NCBI GenBank assembly: GCA_904063045.1 | Contig: CAJFCJ010000006.1 | Location: forward strand, 248,001-312,000 | Source of the DNA: Dimorphilus gyrociliatus | Lineage: Eukaryota; Animalia; Annelida | DNA length: 64,000 nt | Reading direction: 5' to 3' | In this document: one piece after another, positions 40,149 through 52,000 of the stretch | How positions within the stretch are numbered: the first letter of the stretch is position 1 | How the letters are laid out: each line of letters opens with the position of its first letter | Program-made: the position numbers and the translations under genes | Notes under the pieces: model-generated | The model's input: the letters and a program-made list of their open reading frames with translations, nothing else | The model's database searches: none | What the model was told of the DNA's origin: nothing

Positions 40149-41885
40149 TTAGCAGTCTCTGCTAATCCTTTCTTTTTTTTTATTTTATATTTGCATACTG
40201 TATAATTTTTGACTAAATGCACGAAAAAGCGTTTAATCCAATTGATTAATATATAATAGACAAATCTATATGATTATGGAATATTCTATGTTCTGAATAC
40301 GTCATATTGTCTTATTATCATTGTAACAATATTTTAATAAAGATTTAAAAAATTATCTATCTATATTCTCTATCACACAAACGTGCTTGTTCCGTTTGTG
40401 GGACACTCTGTATCTTTAGCTGTATTCCAATTAGTGATAGACAGTATAATAATTATAGTAATAATAAAATTGACTATAAACAAAAGCAATAAATTGAATA
40501 TGACTTTCTTTATCTTTTTAATATGTTTCTATTTTTTTAGTATTCATTTATTTAAAAGGATCATGTTCATAATTGACTATCAGACTGGTATTCTCACTTT
40601 TCACCATTTAATGACTTTTCTCCGAATATATAAAGCAAATAGTTCTATATAAAAGAAAATTAAATATATAATCTGTAACACATTCCTATTATACACATTT
40701 TACATATAACACATAATAATAAAACTATATTATGAACTGGTGATAATTTGCATTGCTTTTTTAAAGTTGATTATGAATGTTGATGAAAATGTTCGTAAAT
40801 AATCTGGTATTGTAATGATAGGAAGAATATTATTTAAATTTGAAGGTAGCAACTGCAGTTGACATACTAACATAATTCATTTATCACTAAAATACATAGA
40901 ATATAGATTGTACCGATTGTACTGTATAATACAGTATGTACTATATATACAATATATATACTGTATACATATACATAGTATAGTAGTCAATTTACAAAAT
41001 AGATTTAATCCACAGTACATGTAATATTAATTTAGATGTAACATTTTTAATGATGTGAAAAAAATCAGTCTCCTCTTTCTCTTTTAAGTATAAAACCTGT
41101 GTAATTAAAAATGAAACTTTAAAAAGAGACTATAGTAAAGTAATTACGTAATGAAAATATACACTCTGATTAGTATAAGACTCTTACTAACTTTCACCAT
41201 TAAATGATTGTAATGGAGAACTTTTGTGATTGAATGGAAAAATTGAAAGTTTTCACTCCCATTTCAAAAGATTATTGGCAAATAGTCTTTAAAACTATAT
41301 TGAATTTCCAAAAAGAAAAAAATAACAATAACTACTTCTCTCCTTTCTCATTTCAGAAATTACTAATAGATAAGTTTTGTTTTAATAATGTATATACAGT
41401 ATATACTATATATATATATATATCATGCTAATTTCAACAATCAATAGTTTTTTAAGTCACCTGAAATAGGCCACTAATTTTTTTTTCTTTTTTGCTATTT
41501 TGTTATCTATGCATATCTGAAAGAAAAAAACCTTTAATCTACGAGTTTTTATAATAAACAGCAAAATTTCTTAATATTTTAAGTGTGTTTAACAGGGGTA
41601 ATTTATTTTCTCTCTTTCTTTATTTGTCTTTTTTTTATTACACCGACGACTAATTAATATAATTGGGTATTAATTTGATGATTTACAAGGTGAGATAACG
41701 ATATATATCACCTAGAAATTAAACTCGAATTGTTTACTATTAAGGTTTCTTTCTTTTCATGTTGATAATATTAATCAGGATATTTTTTTCTATCAAACGT
41801 ATATATTAGTATATATATACATTTATATGTATATAACATATGTACAGAGTACATTACTTTCTTACAAGCTTTTTTAATAAACAGA

Positions 41886-43676
41886 ATGGAAAAATTATCC
41901 TATACATTCGGAAAAGTACCGACCTATTTTTCTACAACTTATGATACCCTAGCCTACTTTATAGATGATTATAACGAAAGGGAGGCTAACGAAGAGTTAT
42001 TCGTCTTTTACGATAAAGAGCTAAAAAGAACCTCATTAACAAGGTCCGAGTGGAGCAGACTGTCCACTAATATAGCTTGTAACATCTTGAAAAGAGGGGA
42101 AAAGGGTGATTATTATTGTATAATAATGCCGAATTGCCGGGAATTTCCAATTGCTTTCGTCGCTTTACAAAGACTAGGATTTAATACGGTGATTACGTCA
42201 GAATTACTAGATTTAGAAATAATATTGGATAAAATTACGTTATGTGGACTGGTTGTTTTTGTCAGTGATTTAAAAAAAATTGATTATACAAAGTTATTTA
42301 ATATTAAAAATATTATTTTAGTCGAGGACGAGGAGTTAGATACCAGACTGTACAAATATTTGGATGGACAAACAATTCTATTTTATCAAGAATTAATAAA
42401 AGACAGTGGGGACAGACCAAAATTTCCAAGAGTCCAAAGTGATGATAATCTGATTAGCATATTGACAAAAGATGAAGAGCAGACTATAAATATTATTCAA
42501 ATAGATCAGAGATACAATATAAATTACTTTTTCAATTGGACTAGATGTTCTAAAAAGAGTTCATTAAAATGTTTTGTAAATATACCCCTATCGGGCTATG
42601 GTCTAATACACGTTTTCGGGTCTGTATTTGGAAATAAAGTGATTACAGTGCAAACTCCCCTTGAAAGCAACGCAGACGGTAGGAGATTTGAAATGAGAAT
42701 GAGTAGTAATTTGAAATCATATAACAATAAAACAATAATAAATAACAACAAAGTCAAAATATCTTATAGTAAAATGTGCAAAAGAAAGAGAAAAACAATC
42801 TATAATAGTGGTTTTATTATTTTCTCATTTCGAATCTCATCATAAACAGAATTGATAAAAATTGCACAAATTATATGGAAGGAGGAATGTACAATTGTTG
42901 GGTTATTTGGTTATTCTCTCGATAAGATGGTGAGAAATCCAGATGCACTTGAATACTTTAAAGGTTATGTAAAAATAATATCAACATCAGGTTTGCCTCT
43001 ACACAGATCGATGGTTAATCGCATTTGGGATGTTCTACCGTCTGTTTGTGTATTAGATGTTGTATATACAATGGAAATCGGATTAGTTTACTCAAAAATT
43101 TGGACGGCTTCCGATACTGAATCAAAGGCCCTTCTATTACCTCTATCTGAATTATCTATTAGAGACGAGAATGGGGATGTAGTCGATAGAGGTCAGGTTG
43201 GAGAATTGTGGAGTAGAAACTCGGCATTTCTGAGATTGATAACAAAGCACGTTAATAATTGGCTCAAAACAAACGACTTTGCGGTTATGAATCAGTCAGG
43301 CTCCGTTGAGTTGTTAGGCAAAAAGAGCCAAGTAATTACAGTTGGTAATTATAAAGTTTACCCACTTTCTTTGGAAAGAGTCATAGATAACTGCGAGTGT
43401 GTCGAGAGAGTTGTCATTACAGGTATAAAAGACCATCTTTTAGGCCAGCAGCTCTGCCTAGTTGCTAAATTGACTAAAGAATGGCAAGCCTTTGAGGATG
43501 ACGCACGAAAGCAGATAATGAACTACTGGGAAGAAAACATGATCAGGAATGATCAAGGGACGAGTTACTTAAGGTTTAGTAAGATTCTTATCATAAAAGA
43601 ATGGCCAATGAATAGTTTACATAAGATATACCGGGAGAAATTGTTGGACCTATTGGAGGTGGGACCGTTACAATAA
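41886..43676 (+). CDS. ACSF2-like AMP-binding (ANL superfamily) protein, 539 aa, 2 exons (41886-42678, 42850-43676); P-loop degenerate
   Basis: N-terminus LSYTFG, KGDYYCIIMPNCREF, GEL.SR, VITVGNYKVYPLSLERVI..VVITGIKDHLLGQQLC and WPMNSLHKIYR align with acyl-CoA synthetase motifs; the intron splices in phase 1. Confidence 0.82.
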
Positions 43677-43734
43677 TAATAATAACAATACAGTATTAAT
43701 AATGACAATACCACTGTTACTAATATTAACAACC

Positions 43735-43772
<38 letters not shown>
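43735..43772. repeat. (AAT)n trinucleotide microsatellite just 3' of the ACSF2-like stop
   Basis: Read directly. Confidence 0.9.
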
Positions 43773-43774
<2 letters not shown>

Positions 43775-44893
43775 AAAAGAAAGGCAAAAAGAACTAAGCC
43801 ATCTTCAATCTTTTTTCAAACGATTTTAAGAACTTGTCCAACTTAGACAACTTATAGTAATTTGCACCTGTCACCGTTCGTTTCACCTCTACTCACCAAG
43901 ACGACTTCCTCCTTGTCAAGAACTTTTCACCTTATGACGTAACGGTTCATCCTCAACCATTTACGTGTCTTTTTCACCAATAGAGTAATCATATGGCCTA
44001 GTGATTTGATAAGAGAATGAACAACAAACACAAATAGGTTTGCTGTTAGAATTCAAACTAACGTAATATGACCTAAATTGAACATTACATAGTATTATCA
44101 CTATTATTAGTATTACGTCTAGAGAACAGTATATCATGTATCTTATCATTTTAGCATCCCTTTAAAAGATTTAAAATGCCGTTTATTCCCATACGAACCT
44201 CCTCTGCTCCATTCATTTGCTTCTAATTGCTTTAAATGCTCAATTAACACTTGAAAATAATTAAAAATCTTTTCTCCCCTTTTATGTAAAGGTAATAATG
44301 ATTATGTGAACAATAACTAACGTTTAACGGGTGCTCTTTGAATGCTTGTGATAATCACCTACCTGAGAATTGGCTACCCGCGGTGTAATTTTATAATATA
44401 TACTACGTATAAAAGTGATTAAGCTTTGGCATTTTTATTCTTGTTTGGTAAAGAATGCCTTTGTCAAAAGGAAAAAACAACACTTAACAGAAATTAATAT
44501 GTATTATAAATAACTCGGGGAAGCATTAAACATGCTCATTTCATCTTTTCTTCGATAATAATCCTTGCATCATAAGGAAATATATGCCAGTTTCATTTAA
44601 CTTATACGCCGACTTTCTTTTACTCTTACTTTCAATAAATTTTTATCTAGATGGCGTGGAAATCAGTTATATCATAAGGGGGGTTGGTGGGTAGGTGGGG
44701 GGCTTAGAAAGAGGATTTACAAAAAGAGAATTTTCGGTGAGGGGGATTGCAGCGCGGGGGGTTAAATTAGTAGGGGTAGTGGGGCCCTCTAACGGCTTAT
44801 CTATAACATTTTTTTTCGCTAAGAAAACAACTTGAATAAATACAACTAACTTTCAGTTTTTCACACAACATTCGGGCCCCCGATTTACGGTCG

Positions 44894-45990
44894 ATGAACG
44901 AACGTGATTTGAATACGTTCTATTTGATTAGTAATTCTTAGCGGTCGCTTGTCAGTTCCTAGCAGGAATTTTATTATTATAGAACGTTGCGGTTGTTTGG
45001 ATTGCTTATATTCTCTTCGTTATTTAATCCTCTATTATCAAACTAATAATTTGGAAAAGAAAGAATGATTTTAGAATGAAAAACTCTTGTACAGGTTGGT
45101 AGTTAAGAGAAAAACAGAGAAAGGGTGGTTAACTTCTTTCTTTTTTTAAAATATACAAGCGCTTATAAATTTATATAAATTTATTAATCGCTTCTATTCA
45201 CTTCTGTTTATTTTACTTTTATATATGTTCAAACACAGGGAGCGAGCTGTTCGAAGCTGTTGTTAGGAACGACGAAGAAGCAGTGGAGAGAATACTATCA
45301 AATAATTCCTGTAGAGTAGATCCTGTAGTTTTCCTATGCGCTACCATAGAACAAAGAAACTTGGTAATAGTCAGACAGCTTCTGCCCAGCGTTTCGAATG
45401 CCATTAAGCTCGCTTCAATTGTCCATATATTGACCGAGCCGATATCGAAATGGACGTTTGACAGAGAAAGGGAAGATTCAAATGCATACAAAGTCACCAT
45501 AGAGATATTAAAATCGATGTCACATTATCGAGATATAGGCGTAATACTTGACGAAAAGCAAAGAAAAGAACAACAATTACTATTCGGGGATAATTACTGG
45601 CACGTTGAATTTGAAAGAAAGAATATTAGAAAAAAATTGGAAGAAATAGGTCTCATAGGACTCGCAATCTCCTATGGGAAGTACTCTATTGCATGTCTTC
45701 TCTATTCAGCCGCTCTAGACGTTGACGCTGGCAGAAAGATTCAAAAGAATCCAGAGATATATAAGGATTTTGTAGATAATGATTGCGAATTATACCCGAT
45801 TAATTCCCCCCCGCCTCTCCTATTACTCACAAGAACTAAATGCTCCGCGTTTGCCCAACTCATCACAACTGACCCCGATTGCGTAACTTATGTTCAACGG
45901 ATACGGATGCCGCCCTCCTTTGTCAAGTTTCTTCGAGAATTCTTTGATGACTTTCAGCCTAAAATATCTCTTAACTTTGAAACTGTCTAA
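44894..45990 (+). CDS. Ankyrin-like repeat and SOCS-box protein (ASB-like); exons 44894-44930 and 45239-45990
   Basis: ELFEAVVRNDEEAVERIL / FLCATIEQRNLVIVRQLL resemble ankyrin helix pairs. C-terminal SPPPLLLLTRTKC...VQRIRMPPSFVKFL fits a SOCS box (BC box and LPxxL-type cullin box). Exon 1 MNERDLNTFYLI joins in phase 1 (less certain). Confidence 0.6.
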
Positions 45991-46045
45991 TCATTTGAAC
46001 CTGATAATCTTTATTTAGGAAAATAATTGCTATTGAACAAGATTT

Positions 46046-49000
46046 TCACAAATTTCTATTATTTTTTTGTTGGATGATGAAGTAGTCCCCCATATTCCTG
46101 AAGCGCTTGTCGTAAGGCTTTAGAAACCTAGAGGGTAATTTCATTAATATCTTAATTGCAGCGGTAATTAAACCATTAACTTACTCTGGGGCACGTGGAA
46201 ATCGTACAATCAACCAACACCGGGTACATATCAATCACCTGCCGCCAAATATCCTCATCCACATCAGTAACTTCCGATTTTTTCAAAGTCACCAGAAGCG
46301 TTGCAATGGCCTTAAGCACAGACGTCATCTCTGAGGTTCTTGCGCGAGGAAGTGGACATTTTCCACTCAATCTTTCATCTTCGACGTACTTACAAAGAAC
46401 AGCGTGGCAACGTTGCACGAGAGCGGAAACGGCTAATTTCGTTAGGGATCCCTCTGCCCATGCTGCTTGTTTGCTAATGAAAGAAAACTGCAAAAGTGTT
46501 TCAAAACAAGTCTTTGCGAAATCTTCGCGTAATGTTCTAGACGATTCTGTATCTATAAAAGGTCCTTGGGCAGCAGAATGAATAGAACCTCTATTTAATA
46601 GATTCATTGCGTGCACAAGAAATGGTCTAGGCACAGCATCACTATGAGGTAGCACTTCATCTCGCAATAAACTGACAACTCGAACATCCAATGCTTCATG
46701 TTCTTCATGTTCTTCGGCTGTTAATGAAGACGGTGCCTCACTAAGATAAGAGAAAAGAGTGTCAAATAGGGATAATAAACAAAAACAACAACAGCCACTA
46801 TTTATCTTATATATCTCTTACTTGGGGCAAAAAAGAAAGTTTTCCAAGCAGGGAGCTAACGCCTTCCACATTCCCGCAAACTCAGCTTCTTATAGAAAAA
46901 AACAGTTTTTCATTAAAAAGATCGTGCCTTATCTAATGAACTTACGATTTTTTAAAGATACGGGTATTCCGACTTGTAAAACATCTAATAAACAAGTAAT
47001 TGCTGTTATCCATGTATTTGATCTAACTTGAGAGTATTTCTCTTCTAGTATTCTTCCGAATGCCTATATAAAGGAAATAGGAAGAGGAATTAATTAAGAA
47101 TTACTTTGGTTTTCAGGGTGACGTCATTTGGAGCAATCTTGCCTCAGACAGCGGTTAAATATGACACGAAAACGTAATCGACGTTCGGAAATGTCCAAAA
47201 TTATGCAAGATTTGCTAGGAATGCGCATAATTCGAGTGTCAAACTACGTAACAGCCGTCAATTTTTATCGTTGTATATATTTTTCTGATGGCGTTTAAAA
47301 AGATAAGCTAATGTTCCAAATATATGCAAATGAAGTAGGGAAAAATTGGTCTGTGAATGACGTTCGCTCTCAGGCAATTCACGTAACAGAATCGTTCAGG
47401 CGTTTTATGCACGATATACGAATCAGGCATTCTAGTTATATCGACCTCATTGAAAGAGATACCGACCAACGATAATGACGCAACTCCGTAATAGAAATTT
47501 AAAAGCGTCTCTCCAAAGACGGTCCTATTCCCCCACAACACCAATAAAACGGAAGGATCTTGTAGATAATCCTAATCTGCTTACGCAAACGACGGGACTG
47601 ATAAACGAATAGTATAGATAAGGACGACATGATAACCTGGCAGTCTCCCCACTTAACGCGACGCCAACGTCACTCAAAAATTGTAATGACGTAAGCGAAC
47701 GTTATGACGTCACAGCGTCCGCGACGTCTACGTGTGTGTATGCATGGTCGGCTTGATTAGCGATAACGTAACCTACTTCTGATGCTTTTAGGATTTTCTT
47801 CCGTTATTCAAGTGTTTAGGCTTAAACTTTCTCTTTGTTTCTTATCATCAATAATTTATAACGACAAATGGTTGTTTACAAACTATACAATTTAATAAGA
47901 GGCAGAGTTCACGACCGAGCCTGATTATGAAGCGATGAACGATGGATGATGATGTAATCATTACGTCATAAGACGAATGAGAGGCTGCAAGTGAGTAGTT
48001 GCAGAGAATGCGTCTCTATACTTCACTCCTATGCTCCTTCGTACGAGAGAAAAATTTCTTTTATAATTAAAAATTATAAGACACCCCCGAAGCGATCGTT
48101 CGACCGAGCCTGAGGCTCGAAAGCGGTACTTTGAGGCTAGTTGAATGCTCGTTAGTTTAATTAAGCAACACAACGTGGAAGAATCACGTGTGTTACGCAA
48201 TTTAGCCTTATTGGCACAAGAAGAAATATATAGATGGTTCGAATTAATCGTTTCAAACAAACCTTCCATCGTTATGTAATATCTAAAAGGGACGTTCGTT
48301 TTTTAACAAACAAACCTGCCGTCGACTCCTCAGACTACAAACGCTTGCGCAATTCAGACACGTTGACCGAATTAAATATATGCTCGAAGGATTTTCGCAC
48401 GAGATGTTTGTTTATTAAATAGGCTGCTTGAACAAAAATGAAAGTCTAGAAAACAAACAGTTATCCAACAAACCCATTACGAGGATAGACTTTCGTAGAT
48501 AAGGGTCTTCTAATATGAACATCTAAAGCAGCTTCAAAATCGCTAAAAGCGAATCGCTAAGACATCAAAGAGCGTAAGATGACGTGAATTTTTTTACAGT
48601 CTCAAACGCCGCCGTCTTTCTCACGGAATTTTAATGTGAAAGTGACGGCTTCGATGAACGCGTCTATAATACCGTAGAAGGATTACACAACACCTATGTC
48701 GTTTAGAGAAAGAGACGTCAGAATTTAGTGACGCAACTTACGACAAAATGATGACGTCATGTTTTAGAATATTTCAACTTTTATTGCTCGAATAAGCTTA
48801 GTGAAAGTCGTTGCCGCACTCAAATGAAAAAGTCATTTTAAGACGCCCGACCTTTATAATTGACGAGGCGAACTATTTAGATTTATAGCTATTTAAATGT
48901 TCTTAGAACTTAAATGTTTACCAACCGAAAATAAAAGAACATTTATATGACATACATTTCAGTATCAATTGTCAACAATGCTAATAATGAGAGGAAAGAA

Positions 49001-52000
49001 TAATAGGGAAAAATTGAAAATAATCTCATAAAACCAGGAACGAATGGGCGTGTTCATTGATTAAACCGCATTCTGATTGGCTCACTATGATAGCGACTAC
49101 TATTCAGGCAATTATGTAACATTTGGTAATATTACATAATCTTTGCGATGCCTGGCGCGATGAGCGTGCTCCCCACACTCGGCCAACTGATGACTAGGAC
49201 TCAACTCCTTTTACCAACCGAACGTGCTAAATTCCATGTGCAAAGTTTACTATAACTTTTAAAGAAGTTACTTTTTGATAGATACCTACCCTCTACGGCT
49301 GCTGTCCGTTGCAAAGAATACCGGTAAGGATATTGACCAATAGTAAAGTGTTACTTTAAAATTTATCTGATATGTTATGGACAAGAAAAGTTATATTATT
49401 ATGAAAATTGTAATCGATCTTTTAAAATCACATTTCTCATAGCTAAGTAATAAAGAAGTTATATTAATATTAACTATATAAAGTATATATATATATATGT
49501 GTATATTTATATATGTGGATTAAAATAGATAAATCATTGCTAAAAATAGCTAATGTTTAGAAACTTGGAAACGCGCAGCAAAAAGGTGTAAACACTTGAC
49601 GCTCTATAAACGCCCATCTTACACACTTCGCATTTAAAGAGACGCCACTCCAGAACAAATACGTCGCAAGACAGGTGCTGACAGCCACTCGGTTGGCGTA
49701 ATTATTTTTTCCTTTTTCCTAATTACATTATGACCAATTATTTTTGCTTAATCAATATTTATAAAGTGGTGATTTTATTTCCGTGTTCTTTAAAATTAAT
49801 TAAGACCTCTTTTCTTTATTTTATCCATTGTTAAAACAATGACACCTGTCACAATTTAACAATTAGGGAATAGTAGAAAAACGCTTTTATCTCCCTCTAG
49901 CGGATTAGCTTTTAGACAACCTCTCGATCATTACGCCACCTGGCGAAAACTCTCTTGAATCAAGACATTTGCTTTTGTTTAAAACAATATAAAATTGTAT
50001 AGAAAATTGAACTTTTATGGACAATAGTCAATTGATAGATTTGAAAACTGAAACTCTTTGTGTTAAAATTACTTAAATATGACTATGGTAACGCTTCGCA
50101 CACGCTTGCATGCATGCATGCATGCATGTATTATTAACGACGCCAACTTTCATGCATTTACTATGCATCCAATGCAAGCTAATTATGTAATGTTACGTCA
50201 CCGTTACATCATACAATCTAATAGCAGGATGTTATAGAGGGCAGCTGGAAAGCGTGCTCGGCTATGTTGTGAGGTTCATTCTTTATTTTACTTCAATATT
50301 TTATTATATAGATTCTAAGTCATTCTCAATAAAAACGTGACATAGAGTAGTATATAAATTCTAAAACAATTGGTGAAAACAAGTCAAAGGTCACGTGAAA
50401 CGGTTTTGTAACCAATCAGCGAGGCGTTCACGCCGACTTGACTCAGGGTTACGCGAGTTTAAAGTTGATTACGTAATCGAACTTTGCTGCCAACGCGCAC
50501 TTTCCAACTGGTATTTCTACGCGTAGCTTTAAATGAACTGAGGACGTCGAAAAAATAAAGAATTTCTGGAAACGTTACACAATACTTCGTCATCATGTAA
50601 GTGTCTTACGTCAAAATCTATTCGAGGACGGTGGCCTAGTTGTATCTATATCTAACAACCTAGAACAATAAGACGCAATTCGTCGTAATTCGACGCCATG
50701 TTTGACTTTTCTTACCTGTAGTTGTCCTCGTTCTTAGTTTTATAATGCTTTATTTTTTTTCAGGTTTTTTGCTCAAGCTATTTTTTCTCCCAAGCGGGGT
50801 CGGCCAGCTAGCCTCCCCCGCCATTCAAAATGCTCAGCCTAATTCCGCGATCATCCTCGAATCCGAATCCGTCAGTCTACCCACCCGTGCACTCAGCAAC
50901 CGAAAGGCCGTTTAAGGCATATCCACGATCAAACTTCACGACGTCTACCTTTTACTCCCCACACCTTAGCGCCATGGACCTAAGGCCCTCTTCTAGTTCA
51001 TACCAAGCTTACCATCAGCCATCAGAAATGGCAACCTACCAGCCCATGACACCCGACTTTTCCTCTCTCCCTAGCCTACCTTTCAGCGCAACAATGACTT
51101 CTCTAAATGGGTCGTCACATATTCAGCCTACAAATCCAACATTCGCAGGAAATGTCCATTCAACCCATGGCTCAAGTATTTTAGCGGCAATAGATATTAG
51201 AAATAATGGTGTTTCTATGACCGCAACAACAACGACGCCTTCCTCAAACAGCATTTCATCGTCAAACTCAACAGCACCTCCAACTACGGACGTTCCGACG
51301 TCATCATCAACAAATGAGAATAACTCTAGCTCATTTTCAATGCCTCCGAAAAAGAGGCCACACTCAGTTCCAGAGGAATTAAAAGATAACACTTATTGGG
51401 AGAAGCGCAAAAAGAATAATGATTCAGCAAAACGCTCTCGCGATCAACGACGAGCAAAAGAAGAGCAAATCGCTATGAGAGTCGTTTATTTAGAGCAAGA
51501 AAATTTGCAATTGCGAACCGAAGTTGGAATACTGAAAGGGGAAATTGACAAACTGAGGTGTTTACTATGCAACACGTAGATGGCGCTGATATATCTTTTA
51601 TATATGTTGAGACTTTTTCTACTGCATTTTACCGTATGTCTTAGTTTTTATATATGTTTTTAATAACCTCAGACCGTGTCTGCATTTCTTAAATCTCAGT
51701 ATTTCGTATAACGACATGGCTCATTGAAATAATATAAACTTGAAAAATTTTGTACATTACTTACTGAAACTATCTTTTCGAGGACTCCTTTTTTAATTAC
51801 AACGCCCATTTTAGCTGTCTTCTCGTATAAAGTAACTACTTGTTCCATACACTGTTCAGCCATAGCCACAAAATGAGAGCAACTAATCGGTGACGTCGAA
51901 GCTGAACTAGCTAATTTAGGTGAGTCAACGGCATAGAGAACGAATTTCAGCATTAAGTCAAATAATTCCGGCGACATAGAAAGGCACTCGCAATTCTGAA

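Noticed and set aside
47311-48422. Small ORFs in the MON2 intron (54-aa plus-strand ORF at 47311; 47961-48269 minus with an LKVPLS-like frame)
   Set aside because: The missing MON2 segment is fully explained by exons at about 46946-47063 and 46822-46890; these ORFs overlap motif-dense regulatory DNA and show no domain.
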